Source: Fimicolochytrium jonesii (lineage: Eukaryota). From it: a stretch of DNA of 64,000 nt. Positions 1-13,992 of the stretch are shown piece by piece. How positions within the stretch are numbered: position 1 is the stretch's first letter; every line of letters starts with the position of its first letter. The stretch lies in the NCBI RefSeq assembly GCF_025526975.1, contig NW_026515668.1:1860001-1924000 (forward strand), read 5' to 3'. Position numbers and translations under genes: made by a program. Under the pieces are notes generated by a model. That model was not told the DNA's origin. It ran no database searches and saw nothing but the letters and a program-made list of their open reading frames with translations.

Positions 1-825
1 AGGCTAAGGGAGGGTCTTATGTCAACGGTGACATCACTATACCCTGGACCCATTCCAAGTCCGCACATCAAGTTTCTCGCCCTTGCACGACGCAACTGCT
101 TGCACGAGTCCCAACGTCCCAACGTGGCACTGCTGCTATTTATTGAACCCTCAGCGACGATCAATCACACTGATGACCGCCATCTATGTATTCAGACTCC
201 TCGGCCAAGCTCAAAGCCAAACTTGAAACCCGTCGTCCTCTCCGACTCCCGGGTCTCTCTTCATGGTAGCAAGTTGACACATGGATGGACACAGGCAAGG
301 CATAATCGAAGCAGCCCGCCACCCGCCGGAGAGCGAAAAAATGATTTAGATAAGCCTGGCAAATTTACCCTCGTACGAGAACACGCTTGTGATTCCGAAA
401 TTGGGGTGTGAGAGAAGTTGATGAAAACGGTGACAAGGGAAAGCGACGCGCACAGGTTGTGCCCATCGTGCGTCGTCGCCAGCCACAAGAATGAAAGCGT
501 GCCTTGCCCGTGTGAACCCCTCTTCAAATGCAAATCGTCCAAGTGTGACATCTCCGAAATTGCGACCCGTTGAACCCGTCGGCTGGCCGTCGGGTTCTAA
601 CGAGATGAGGGCGTTTCTGTATTAGGATCTTCCTCAAGTGATCGGAGAAGTCCTTTTGGGTTTGCCGTCATGTTGTGACCGACTGATGAATTTCCCACTC
701 GGCGCATATAAAAGCGGAGGGGTGGAGGCAACCCGCCAAGTCCCGCCGTTTCCAGATCCAGTCCAGTCTTTTCCACCACTTTTCCCTCCACCTTTTTTTT
801 TTTACATATCTCAACTCAAATCCCA

Positions 826-1852
826 ATGCATCTCAAAGCCAAGTTCATCGCCGTCGTCTCCGTCCTTGCCGCCTCTGGCGTGCTCGCGCAAGACCTGCCC
901 ACCAACAACGTCCTCGAGAACGTGAAGGCATTCAACCAGGAGCAGGATGAAGGACACAACACCTACCACATTTCCACCGTCAACAAATACGTACAGTACA
1001 TCGAGAGCATCCTCGCGGGACCCGGCCCGATCACGTTCTTTGCGCCTTCCGACCACTCCTTCATTCGGTTGCAGCAGAGCAACCCGGATTACCTTAAGGA
1101 GTTTTTGGCGTCGCCCAACCTGATCAATGCCACCCTTCACTGTGAGTTTTGGGAATTCTTCTACGTCTGCCGGAATCGGTGTGGCTTTTCTGTTGACATC
1201 ATTACTGACTTGGCATGTTTATGGATTTTTCAGACCACATCACACACCAGATCTACGACATCGCCACCGCCGGTTTGGGACACACCACTATCCCCACCGA
1301 TCTTTACCCGGGCACCATTGACGCCAACATCATCCCCAACGACCCCGCCAAGAACCCCCCAGGATGGGTCCCTGCCATCTTGCAGGGCAGCGAGAACATC
1401 TCGGCCACCATTGTGCACACCATGAAGTCCTCCAACGGAATCCTTTACGTCATTGTAAGCATGGCGAAGCGTTTTGCTATTGATTGATTGCCGTTGTTTG
1501 CATCGAGCATCCGTCTGACCCTATTTTCTTCTCATTTCAGGACACAATGCTGCGACCGGCGCAGGCGCTGCTGGACAACCCCAGGCCGTTTCCCACTTCC
1601 GCCATCGTCACTTCCACTAGTACCAGAGCTGCTACCACTTCGCCCACCGTCGTATCAACCACCCGTACAGCCACAGTTAGTGGAACCGCAGCTTCCTCAA
1701 CCTCGAACAGCACCTCGGTAGACCCGGCAAAGCCCACTACCGCCACTGGTGCTAGCACCGGCGGCTCCAAGAACGGCGCGTCCTCTAGCACTCTTTCCGT
1801 GATTGCCGCCGCTGGTGCCATCCTTGCTGCGATCTCGGTCGTTGCTCTGTAG
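826..1852 (+). CDS. Fasciclin (FAS1) domain cell-surface protein, probably GPI-anchored
   Basis: Exons 826-1141, 1234-1454 and 1541-1852 with GT-AG introns. Signal peptide, FAS1 motifs (GPITFFAPSD, YHI, SSNGILYVIDTML), S/T-rich stalk and hydrophobic C-terminus. Confidence 0.85.
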
Positions 1853-2584
1853 ACGGCTTACATATACCCACGCTCCTCTCTCCATAGCCTAATGCGGTTT
1901 GCCTTCGTCGCTTAATCACCTTCATGGAATCTGGCATTTCATCCCCTCATTACATAACACTAGTAGATAGAGATATCACCTAACTACCTTGTGATCTAGT
2001 CGTCTTCTATGTTAGTACGATATAGGTCATCCTTAGTAATGTTTACAGTCATCAAAGCAACTGAAAAGAAAGATATTGGTTTCGGAACACATTGCTGGGA
2101 ACTTCATGGGCACTCTGCGTGTGCATAAAATCAATGATCTAGGGGAGCGGGAGCGTGCCTGGGGAATGTTGGATGCTGGCGTTTGGATGGTCATGGTCGC
2201 CCCAGACTCGACAATACTATGACACTGGTTTGCCCAAGTTCGCAGCGTATCTGCGGCTATAACGCACCAGACATCTTCGCTCCCCCTTGATGTGCCGCGA
2301 AGGACAACCGCGCACATGCTGTCGACGCAAAATAATCGCAGCGACTACATCTTACCTCTAGACTACCTTGTATCTTTGAAGCCCTTCCTCGGTTTGCCCT
2401 GGACGCAGACGGCAGAGAGGAGGCTGTCGAAAACCAAGGAGTGACAGTGACGAGCCAAAGCAGAAAGGAAGAATAAACGCGTCACGTGAACGATTCCAGG
2501 AAACCTGATGTCCACCGTCCAGGTCCTTCTTGCTTCCTCCACCACAACCGTCGCTCACGACGACGACAAAGAGAACAACGAGAG

Positions 2585-5500
2585 ATGCCCTGGTTCGCAG
2601 AGACATCAGTCGCTCTCGGCGAGGACGAGCAATGGCACTCGCCCCTGTTCCATGCCTTCCTGGACGACGCACCGCACTCCACAACCGGTCATATCTCAAT
2701 AAGCGAGAGATCACTCAGCGACAATCTCCCCCCGATCGGAGGCGTCGTGCATCTGCCCGAAGTACAACCCCGGTCTGCGATCGTATGGAGACTGCTGGAT
2801 GATAGGAAGGTTTTGGAGATACGACGAATATTCTTGGCGTCTGCGGCAACGAGAGATCAGAATGCGATGGAGGAGGGCACAGTGGGGGACGTGGATGGGC
2901 AGGACGGGACGATCGCGAACGCGCGAAACTCGAATCGGCCGGTATACCTCGAAGCACCGGCGTCGCTGTTAAAGACGCCTAGTATAACTTTGGTTCCATC
3001 GGAAAGCTCCGCGAAATACTCGTTGCACATTGTTCTCGTGACGGAGACCGGCCGATTTTACCGCGCGATATTCCAGGGACCGGATTTCTTCTACGAGAAT
3101 GGATGGAGGAGACGGGAGATCAAGCGTTATCAGATTGTTGCGCTCTCGACACATCGTGGGGACGCTGCAGCGCGTCAAGTGAAGAAGCCACTGATGATGC
3201 AGTGCCCCAGTTTAGAAACTGTCGTTATTGGGTGCGCGAACGGCACGTTGATCAAAGTTACTACACCAGGCGAGCTTGGGGATAGCGATGATGATACTTA
3301 CATGGCGGACGAACCTAGACGGAATGTCTCTGGCTACGAGGAAAGAGAGCTCTTTGAAGCGGGGTATCTCGATAAATTCAAGTCGGCGTTCACACCGAAA
3401 CGGTGGGGATTCTCGCCTTTCAAGGCCTCTCAAACCCCGAGCGCGGCGCCAGAAGTAGATAACCCCCGGCAGCCGATCGCTCTGAACTCGATCGGAAAGT
3501 GGAGCTTTGTCTTATCCCGCGACCGTCAACTCCGCATTTGGAACCTTGAGAAGGGTACGAAATGGAAGACTATCAACCTCGCCGCCGAATGTGCAACCAT
3601 CAAGCCAAAAGTGCTGCGGGTTCCCCGAACGGCGAGCCAGAGCACCACTCTACCCCTTGCCGACTCCACGTCAGGGCACTACATCCAAGTCTTCGACGAG
3701 CAGACGTACGACGTACTACAGGATTTCGAGAGTTCGGGCACCGAATTTAAGCTCGCAATCTACCTGCCGCGCGCCGAAGAATCCGAGGGCTGTTTTGCGC
3801 TCTACGAAGGGAGGATGGATAATTTTGGTGAGCTGCAAGAGCTGGGGTTGTTGGGCATCGAGGATTTGCCTGGAAAGCCGGAACCCAAACAGCCTGAGAG
3901 GAACGAGCCGTTAGACGACGAAGCATCAAAGGATATTACTACCACAGAAGCACTCGTATCTGCAGGGTTGTTGGGTAACGAGCATTTGCACGATCCCAAA
4001 CACCCCGAGCCATTGGACGACGAATCATTGGTCGATTTCATCATTAAGGAAGAGGTGACAGCTGCGGAGGAGACTAGATGGTCGCTTTGGGCCTTGTGGA
4101 ACGCGGCGCCGGGGCCTATAGCTCGATATGCTGAGATACGTCAGACAGGGTCTGCTGTTTATACGTACGCTGGGCCTACGCACTGGAATAATATTACGAA
4201 CGCGGATGGACCAAATCTCATTGGGCCGGTCTTCTATGAGGAGGTGCCTGCCTCGTTTGCAGAAGTCTCGGAAGCGTATCTGGACTTCATCTTCCACTCG
4301 AGATTTGTGACTGAAAAGGCGAAGCGGCGCGCGTTGGAGCAGTATCGAGAGTCTACGGGTGGAGTTTTCCTCGACAGTTCTCTGAACCAGAGCGGCTCGT
4401 CGTTGATCACATTGGAGGACGCAGTCTTATTTGCGGTGAAGCGGGCCTACGAACGTACAATCAAGCCAGCGAGGGGGGCCGAAAAACATGAGGGCCGAAC
4501 CGAGTGGCACAACTACTACAGGATGTGCCTGGAGATGTACGCCCAAGAAAACGCACCAACGGCAATCGACTGCGAAGCGTCCTACGGCTCGCTGATCATA
4601 ACCAAACGTGAGTCACTCTCAGTGGTCCGCGAGTACGACATGTCTCAGATCCTGGTACACTGGCTCGTCAGCCCCCTTGCCACCTCTATAACAATGGTCA
4701 GAACGGAAGATGAGGCGGATTTCTACCAGGAGTTCCGCGGTACGGGCATAGGAGACCACTTTTCGTCGACGTTCCAATCGATCATAGCGCTACTTAAGGA
4801 CGAGATACCCGCATCGAGACTTCTTGAGCTAGACGCTGCTATCCAGGAGATCATGCCTGATATCGGTCCGCATATTTTCGACAAGGACCAGGCGGTTCCG
4901 AAAATGATTGAAAAACTTTTCGAGTTTCCTCTGACGGCTGAGGGGCCTGAAGTGCCCGAAGACTTTGGCGACCGCGGGATGCCTGAGCAGAAACCCGAGG
5001 AGAAGAAGAAGAGATCCGAGAAACAGATCTTCGATGAGTTTGTGAGGTGGTTCAACTTCCTTCCCTCCGACTTCTTGGGCAAACTCCTTGATCTACTCCA
5101 TGGCGTTGATGGAGATCCGGCCGCGTCGAGCACGCTTTCTCAAGTCCCCAACACCAGCGCCTTCACCAACCGATTGCTCGCAAAATCATTCGCCGATGCA
5201 GTCAACTACAAGAAGGAATTGACGCGCGGCGTTTTGCTTGTATCGCTCCTCTCTAAGCATGTAGCGAAGAAAAACCCGGGGTTGCAACGCCATGAGATTT
5301 CGGACCAGATGGTGTCTCGCAGCATACATGCCATGTGTGCGGCGATTGTCGCCAACTGGATCGGCGAAACCACCGTCACGGTCGGCAACACGAGTCCGCC
5401 GGAGCCGCAAACCGATTCGCATAGCATGGATTTCGATCTCGGCCGCTCTCACTTTGGCCAAAGTAGTCAGCGCCATGCTTCCCCCAAGGCCATCACAGGC

Positions 5501-8500
5501 AAGATGCGGAATCTCACTCTCAGCAGGGCGTCAGACGCGCATGAACTCGTTGAGAAGCCTACGATGGTGGAGCCATTAGCCTTCCATTTGATTCAACAGC
5601 ACTATATGCTTGACGTCGATTTCAATGTAGGAGACTACGGCCAACTGCTTCGCGACGCAGTCCCGCGGTTCCTTTCCCGCCTCGGCCTGCTCTCCAAAGA
5701 TTTCACGTTCGCAACAAGCTCGGAACCCATGCTCAAGTTGGTGACCAAGCTGGTCGCGTTCAGACACGCGGAAGCGGCCCGGCAGCTTGTTAATATGCTG
5801 CCGGGAACTCCCGCTGTGAATTATCTGAAAGGCCGCGTATCGGCGGAATTGGGGGATTGGGAAGAGGCAGACACTTGTTTTGCGAAAGCAGTGTTCGGCA
5901 GTTTCGGTATGTCGGACTATGTAAATGGAAACTTTTGTGCCATTGAGGCGCACTAGCTCACTCTGCGGTTGTTCCCAGACAGGACGGAGAACTGGAGAAA
6001 AGATGCGGCCCTAAAGGAAGTCCTGCCTGCGGGAGCGGTTGAAGAAGGCATTGTGGGGGTGTACAAACATTTCATGCATTTATGCCGACGAGGCCACCAC
6101 CGGGGCGTCGTCAAGTACGCGAAGGAGGCGTTGCTGTGTATGAGCGATTTTCCAGAGGTAAGCCTGCAAAATATATTCTCTTGCATCTTGCATTGTCCGA
6201 AAGGTCACTGACGAAAGTGCATTCTCATCCTTCTCCTCAAAGGACCAAACCGAGCAGGTTACTCAGATCTGGAAGGAAATCTTCCGGTCCAGCCTAGAGA
6301 TCCCGGATTATGGGGAAGCACTCGCTGCGGCAGTCAGGAACCCCGACGAGCAGATGTAGGTCAATTGGACAAACCGCTGACGTCTTGATCAGAAGTCAGA
6401 CAGCCTCTGACACTTTTGTTTCCGCAGCAAAATCACATGCGTTCGTCGCCTGATCGGCCGCATGTGCGAGACGGGAGACATCAAAGCTCTATGCGGATTC
6501 AATGTCGGCCGTTTGCAGGACGAGGTCGAGATCGAATTGGCTAACAAAGCTCGCACGACGCCGGTTGAGCAGTGCCTTTCGGGCGGACCGAACTACTATC
6601 AGATTTTCTATAGCTACTGTGTGACTCATGGGGACTTCCGAACAGGTGAGTGTCGGAACGTGATCGTTTTCAGCGCTGCGGACTCCGTGCTTAATTCAAC
6701 ATGATGTAGCCGCGAGTGCTATGTACAGCTACGCGCAAGCGATCAACGCATTGACAAGCCGAATCACCGGAGGAGGAACCGGCGTGAGCTTGTTGACCGC
6801 ACTTCAACAACAGTGCGGGGCTTATTTGGCTGTCCTCAACGCTTTATCGTCTGTTGCGACCGAATATGCCTGGATTGTTGTCCCTGTGAAAGATGACAAA
6901 AGCAAAGTCGTAAGTGCTGAAATTGACTTGGTGACCACTTCCGACATACTTTGACACCAGATTATACAGAGCAAGCGCAGAAAACTGGATATCCCAGGCG
7001 ACGGTAAACAACCCATCAAGCAGCAAAGGATTACAACAAAGGTTCTGCAACCCGACGATGTCCGCAAAGAGTATCTGCTCTGCTTGACCAGGTTGAACCT
7101 GTACAACTCGTCCGCCGCCCTCCATCAGAGAACCATTGTCGGCCTGCCGAGTCCCGAAGATGCCCTCGCGCTCTATGTCGATGCAGGACGCCACGATGAT
7201 GCACTTAGCCTTGGACGTATATTCGAACTCGATCTGACGAAGGTCTTCGAAGCAATGGCCGAAAAGTGTGCGTTCCTCAGCACCCAGCCCCCTGATTTCA
7301 ACACGAACGACAGCATTGGGGAGAGTCTTACGGATGACCCGCGTGTGGATTGGGAAGGCACTTCTGCCGACAGAGCTTGGCGGACGTTGAATGAGTACCT
7401 GTTGGAGCACGACACTCCTCGCACGGGCTATGCTTACAGGTCTGCAGTGATCGACCGCGTGCTGCAAGTTCATCGCTCGTTCCGCATTCCCAAAGCGTGG
7501 ATTACCTCGTTTTACGATACACGGAATCCGGATGATCTGATTCGCGTGTACCTGAAGCATGATTTACTCGAGGAAGCTGCTTATTTCGTCTCCGACTATG
7601 TCAAATGTCAAGAAAAACTCCTGAGGGCACGGAAGACCGCGGGACGACCCTTGGATACTGCAAGCCGGCCGAAGTGGTTGCCTTACTTGCTGATTGATCA
7701 AACGATATACGAGCTGAAGAAACGTGGCTTAACGGAAGTCGCCGAAAACCTCGCAAACGCGGTAGCGAGCTATCTGAGACTGATTACGGGCGAAAGCGAG
7801 GAGGCTCTCGGTACAAAGTCGGCGGCTAAGCGCACAACAAACCTGACTGGCAAGAACGTCAGGTTTGAGCCCGATGTTTCTGAGAGAGTTCCGACCAAGT
7901 CCCAGCTACCGCAAAAGGTATTTCCAACGCAACCGAAGCACCCCCTGACGCAGACGCCGTCACAGCTGTTCTTCGAACAGCCGACGGAAGCAGCAAAGCC
8001 TTCGGCACAGCAAACTGCTACTCAACCGAAAAAGGCACCTTTGGCCTTTGGAAGCCCACCGACTTCAATCGATGACCTCGATACGACGACGGTGCCAATG
8101 GACACATCGGAAGCAGCCGACTCATCGCCACCCGCGGCGCCTAGATTCTCGTTCGGCCCGCAGGCATCAAAGGCAACGCCCGCCTTCCCAACGACAAAAC
8201 CCGCGCCGTTTGCATTTGGGTCAGGCCCGAGTGCCTCCGCACCATTCGCACCAACGAGCAGCTTCGCCCCATCTTCCCAAGCCCCACCTGCGCCATCAGC
8301 TCTGATGCCAGCCGCACCTTCATTCGGCTCAGCATTTGGATTAACTGCCGCCCCTGGCCAAGAGACTCGGAAAGCTCCCCCACCATCACAGATTACGGAT
8401 GTTGAGACAGGCGAACAGCTACCCCAATCGCCCGTGCCGGCGAAGAGACAGAAGAAAGTCGGCGTGCCCACCTTTGGATCAGCCTCATCCCTCGCAACGG

Positions 8501-11500
8501 ACAGTGGCTTCACCCGTGCACCAACTTCGTCGCAAACCCCGGCGTCGTTTCCAACCAGTACTTTCGGTTCGAGCCCGGCCCCTTTGTTCGGTAGTAGTGC
8601 CAGTGTGTCAGCACAGCAATCAATAGCACCTGCAATCGGTACACCACAACCCTTCGCATTTAGCACCGGCGTTCCTTCGGTGACCGCTGTCCCTGACAAG
8701 CCGAAAGCACCTGCAGCATTTTCCCTGGCTAATTTCGGAGCCAGTCAACCGCCTTCCGCGTTCGGCGCCTCGAAGAGTGCTGACCCACCAAAACTTACAC
8801 AGCCACCCATCTTCGGGGGCGTCTCTAGCTCGGAGCCCGCCGTTACCAAAACAGCTACTGCCCCGCCACCCACTTTCGGAGCTGCGTTTGGATCCAACTC
8901 CGCCTCGAGTGGAGGTTTCAGTTTTACACCTGCTGCTTCGCAACCGGCCAAGGCCTCTGCGTCGACGTCAACCGCTGGGTTTGGTTCATCGCCGGCACTG
9001 TTCGGTGCTTCCGCTGCGGCACCGGCATCTCCGTTCGGCGCGGCTCAGTTCGGCGTATTCAAGCCCGCTGACGACACTGCCAGACCGGCCGTCTCGGCGG
9101 CTCCTGTAGCGTTTAGTTCATCGCCAGCAGTGTTCGGCGGTGGGAAGCTCGCGGAGACCGCAAATGGGTCCATCAAGACTTCACCTGCGGCGTTTACATC
9201 TACGTTTGGCACGGCTCAATTCGGCGGAATCAAGCTGGCAGACAATACGGTAAACACTTCCGTCTCGGCGCCTCTTGGGTTTGGTTCGACGCCTGCACTA
9301 TTTGGTGCTGCGACGCCCGCAGCGACGGCGCAAGATCCTTTTATGACTTCACGTGCGGCATCTACGTCGACGTTGGGTACGCCTCAGGTCGGTGGATTCA
9401 GACCTGCAGAGCCAACTTTCGGGGCAGTTCAGGGTTTCGGTGGATTCAACCTCCCAGGGCCAGCACGTCAAACTGCTTTTGGGGTTCAGGCCTCCGGTGC
9501 GTTCACACCCGCAGAACCAGTGGATGAATCTTCCAAGAATCCCGGGTCAGCAGATGAATCGGCGTCGGCGCCTTCATTGTTCGGATCGGCTCAACCTTTC
9601 CGCGGTTTCAAAATACCTCAATCAATAGATCAGTCGGCCAACACCCCGACGTCAGCGCTTTCATTGTTTGGTTCTCCTCAGACTCTCGGCAGTCTCAAGC
9701 CTCCGCAGTCAGCAGATGCGCCGGCCAAGAGCTTGAACCCGGCGCCGCCATTGTTTGGGACTGACCAGACTTCCGGCGGTTTCAAACCTCCACAGACAAC
9801 GGAAGAACCACCCAAAGCTTTGGTTTCAACGCTCGGAACGACTCAGGCTTCCGGCGGTTTCAAGCCTCTGCAGGCAGCTGAAGAAGCAATCAAACCGTTC
9901 ATTCCAGCGTCCGCAGCGGCTCAGATATTCGGGTTCAAGCCACCGCAAGCAGCAGAGGATCCAGCCAAACCGTCCCTTCCAGCGTTTGGCGCCGGCCAAA
10001 CTTCTGAAGCCTTCAAGCCCGCAGAAGCAGGAGAAGAGCGACCCAAAACCTCTATTCCAGCGTTCGGTCCCTTTGGGGGGTCCAAGCCGGCAACGTCGGT
10101 AGAGGAGCTGTCCGAAAGCTCTACTTCGACCTTCGGCTCTTTTGGAGGGTCCAAGCCGGCAGCGTCGGCAGGGGACTTTTCCAAAACCGCTGCTTCAACC
10201 TTCGGCTCGTTTGGAGGATATACGCCTGCAGCGTCAGGAGAAGGGCAGCCCAAACCCTCTCTTCCAGCCTTTGGATCTCAAGGATCTAAACCGGCAGCGG
10301 TTGAGGAGCAGTCCAAAATCCCTGCCCCAGCGTCTGGCACGTCTCAGGTTTTCGGTGGATTCAAGCCCATCCCGGACTTCTCGGCGAGAATTGTTCCAAC
10401 ATCCAGTTTTGGCGGCGTCCAGGTCGGTTCCACCGACTCCGCCGTGCCGAGTTCCCCACCAACAGAGACGAGGGCTGAGATGCATGACGATGAGGGGGAT
10501 TCGGAGACCGCCACATCTGACCCAGTAGCAAGGTCCACCCCCTTCGGCGCTGGTAACTCTGGCCTTGCACAGCCTTCCGGAATGTTTTTCGAGCCCCAGT
10601 CGGAAGAGCAAAGCGTCCCTGAACCAGCAGCGCCCAACTCAGCTCCACCGCCTAGGTTTGGGACCTCCACTGGTGCACCTTCCACATCAGCGCAATCTTT
10701 CGGAGCTGAGAATTCTGCGTCGAAAAATGATGTTTCTGAATCATTAAGGACCGTTATGACGCCTGCAGGCGTTTCGGAAAAGGCTTTAGCAGAGGAAGCT
10801 CCTGGTAGCGATATCTCCGCGCCTGCGAGCTTCACTGCTCCACTGGAGACGATGGCTCCACCTACCGGTTTCCAATTCAAGGTCCCGCATCCTGCGTCGC
10901 GCCCCTCTGGCATCGCATCAGCCGCGCCCATATCCGTTGCATTTGCTGGATTTGGGAACCAAACGGTCACACCAGCAACGTCGCAGACCGCGGCTTCAAA
11001 TGCCCCCGGTGCATTCAGTGGGTTCGGGAGTGGATCAACGGTTGCCCCGGCTTCCACGGGGCAGGTGTCGTATTCGCCAAAGTTTCCAGCGGCAACTCCG
11101 AGCTCCACAGGCTCAGGGGTTGGCTTTGGTGTTTCTAGCCAAACGCAGCCGTCGAGCTCAGCGCCGATTGCTATCTCCAGCTCGTTCAAACCAGCAGAGA
11201 CAATTTCCGGATTTGAAGCAGCCGCGCCCTCCACGTCCAAGAGTGAAGAGTCACTAGAAGACGAGGACGAATACGAAGACCCCCCAATCCCGGTCTCGTC
11301 CGCATCACCCACGAAAGGTAATGCTTTGCTCTTTACGAAGCCATTAGGGTTTGGCACGGGGTTCACGTTCGCTCCAGCGCCCATCCCCTCACCTCCGAAC
11401 CCATGCTCATCCGCCGCCTCATACTTAGCCACGCCGGCGTCGTCTTCTACCCCAAGAACATCAACCACATCGGTTTCGGGCGTAACGACGAGCACTCCGC

Positions 11501-12321
11501 TTGCAGAGGCGGGGACACACCCGGCTTCGATGGGATTCGCGCCGCTGTCGCATGCGTCGACGGTTTCGGCTTTTGCGAGTGCGTCGGACCCGGAGCTGAA
11601 CAGAAACTCTCCCAGGCCCATCAAGGTTACGAAGGGATTCCAGGCGGCTGCGTTGCCGGGGACGGCGAGTCCGCTGGCTTCACGTGATGGGTTTGGAGAT
11701 GCGTCGGAGGCGCCTGTCGAACCTACCCCTTCTGCGACGGCACCTGCGTTTTCATTCGGGTTTGGGTCCGGAATCGGGGCCGGGCCGGCTGATTCCCAGG
11801 CGCATACCGCGCATGCAGCGTCAACCCCTTCATTCGGGTTCGCAGCCCCGCAACCTAAAGCAGCAAGCAGCCCCCCACAGTTCACGTTCGGAATGTCCCC
11901 TGCTGCCGCCACGCCGAAGGCGGGAACAAGCTCAGGCTTCAGTTTCGGATCGACACCCCTCGGGTCAACGCCTACCAGCACCACTTCGCAAGAAGCAGCG
12001 TTCGGTACCACCGTCCCCCCGCCCAAATTCTCTTTCGCGCCAACGAACAACCCGGCTGCGTCGTCCACTCCGTTCACATTCACGCCCTCGACGAGCGCGG
12101 CATCGAGCAGCACGCCGCTCACGTTCAATTTCGCTAAACCGGTCACCGCTACGGAGGAGGATGACAATACCGCGTCGACTTCGGCTTGCCCACCAGCCCC
12201 GGTCCCCGCGTCCCCGCCACGGTATGCAGACCATGCGGATGCGGAGAGCGAGGAGGTGTTTGTGCCTGTGACGAGGGGCAAGAGGGGGAAGAGGAAGAGT
12301 GCTAGCCCGGTTAAGGAATGA
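2585..12321 (+). CDS. NUP160: Nucleoporin Nup160/Nup120 with a very long C-terminal FG-repeat extension
   Basis: Exons 2585-5906, 5979-6157, 6243-6355, 6428-6645, 6710-6909 and 6961-12321 keep frame. Nup160-like motifs LSRDRQLRIWNL, NYYQIFYSY..HGDFRTAASAMY and WLPYLLIDQ, followed by ~1,450 aa of FG/FSFG repeats. Confidence 0.85.
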
Positions 12322-12931
12322 ATGTGTGCGTCATTGTATGGGGCAATCTATGCGGGGGATGATGCATGATTTGTATATTTACGAAGGGAATGGTTGGATT
12401 GCAAATAAATCTAATGGTGCTCATAATCCTCAATGAAGTGGGATGCCCCACTGTGTATCCTATTCGGCTGTTTGGTACCGCTTCATGGGTTCCAAGAGTG
12501 ATTGAGAAGGATGCCAGAGCGATGATGCATGATTCTACCATGGCGGGGGCTACCATGTCGTTGAGTGAGAGATGAAGGGCGACCAGGTCCCAAGCAAACA
12601 AACTAGCACTGTGGACTTGATGGGTATATGATTGGCGAGACCGATAAAGGATCTGTAGCCGTTGATCTTATCGGTGGGTTTCGTTTCAAACGAATGGTCG
12701 ATGCACCGTAGGCGAGCACGCGATGAGCCGAATGTGTGGCAACCGTAGGTGGTATCGATGTCCTTTGACATCCCGAAGAGAGAAACGGGAGGGCTGAACA
12801 GCCGTTGCCCAGTCCACCATATCGATGTCGAGGCCGGTCCGGTTTGATGACGGCGGATTTCAGAATTGCGATGCAGGGAGGATGCAGGTGAGGTGGCGGT
12901 AACCAGGAGCAGCAGAGATGTGGCCAGGTGT

Positions 12932-13647
12932 TTATCCTTCGCGCCACTGTTCAGCGCAATTGCAGCACTACATGAGGAAGAAAGCAGGATGTTGAGATGA
13001 CGGCTTCGTGGCTGAAAGGCTCCTTCCACATCCAAAATTTCCCTTGCGACCAGTCTCCCGTTCCATCGAATTTAGCCTCGTTGCCAGCAAATTCCTATTC
13101 CTTTCCAATCGAAGCCGCTTAAAAGGTCAGGTGGAGGCCATTACCTTGAAGAAAATGGACATGGGCTCATCGGCAGATCGAATCTGGAGTTGCATGAAGT
13201 AGGCGCGGTTGTGGTCGCATTTCGGGCAGCGGGCTGGGCGGAGAAAAAAAAAGACCCCCAAAGTCAACAATCACAACGTTCTCACCACTGCGGGGCTTGA
13301 TGCTGCTTGGGTGTTGCGGACATAGGTTTCCATAGTCCATCGAAAAGAAATGGTGGCCCTCACCTTCTGTTGCATCGACGTTCTCCCAAGCCGCGGAACC
13401 GCCCAGCACGTCGTCCACTTGTTTTCGTTTGTACGTCGTTCGACTTGTAATGGGCTTTATACAAAGTGGTAATACAAAAGTGAGCCAGTGTATCTCAGGG
13501 TCCTCCAAAACTTCGCCTTTGGTTATTCCGCTCCCTTGCCTTTCTTATCTTGCAGACGTATGGACATGTTTGGCACACGAATTGGTTATGACCCGACTCG
13601 CCCTGGGCGATGAGTAGCATATTTGCACAGCTTGGACAGAAGTACAT
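12932..13647 (-). CDS. RPC11: RNA polymerase III subunit C11 (POLR3K)
   Basis: Spliced product MYFCPSCANML..FVCQTCPY..VDDVLGG..CPKCDHNRAYFMQLQIRSADEPMSIFFKCCNCAEQWREG, with the TFIIS-like QIRSADEP zinc ribbon. Confidence 0.95.
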
Positions 13648-13992
13648 TGTGGCTTGTTGTGACGAGAGTAAATGAGAGCTGACGGACCGTGGACCTTTCG
13701 TGGGGTGAGGCTCAGGCTCCTGTGTATACTTTGCCTTCAAATCTTTCAAATTGCACTGCGAGCCTATACGACGAACCGGTTGTGACGAAAAAAAGAGGAC
13801 TGCGCTTCGAAACTTTCGAAAAGTCGTCCGGAAGCCACGCGCCAAAAGCATCTACGGGCATCGGCCACCGCCCACAGTGATCTAGGACCTACTGCAGACA
13901 AAGACAGCACGTACGCTCCAGGAAGGCGCTGTGTCCCAGATACTTCCTTGCGAGGTCCATTTCACGCTTCCAGGAGAGAACGGCTTCCTGCA

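Noticed and set aside
10344..12281. 645-aa minus-strand ORF
   Set aside because: Antisense shadow of the GC-rich FG-repeat exon; no independent coding features.
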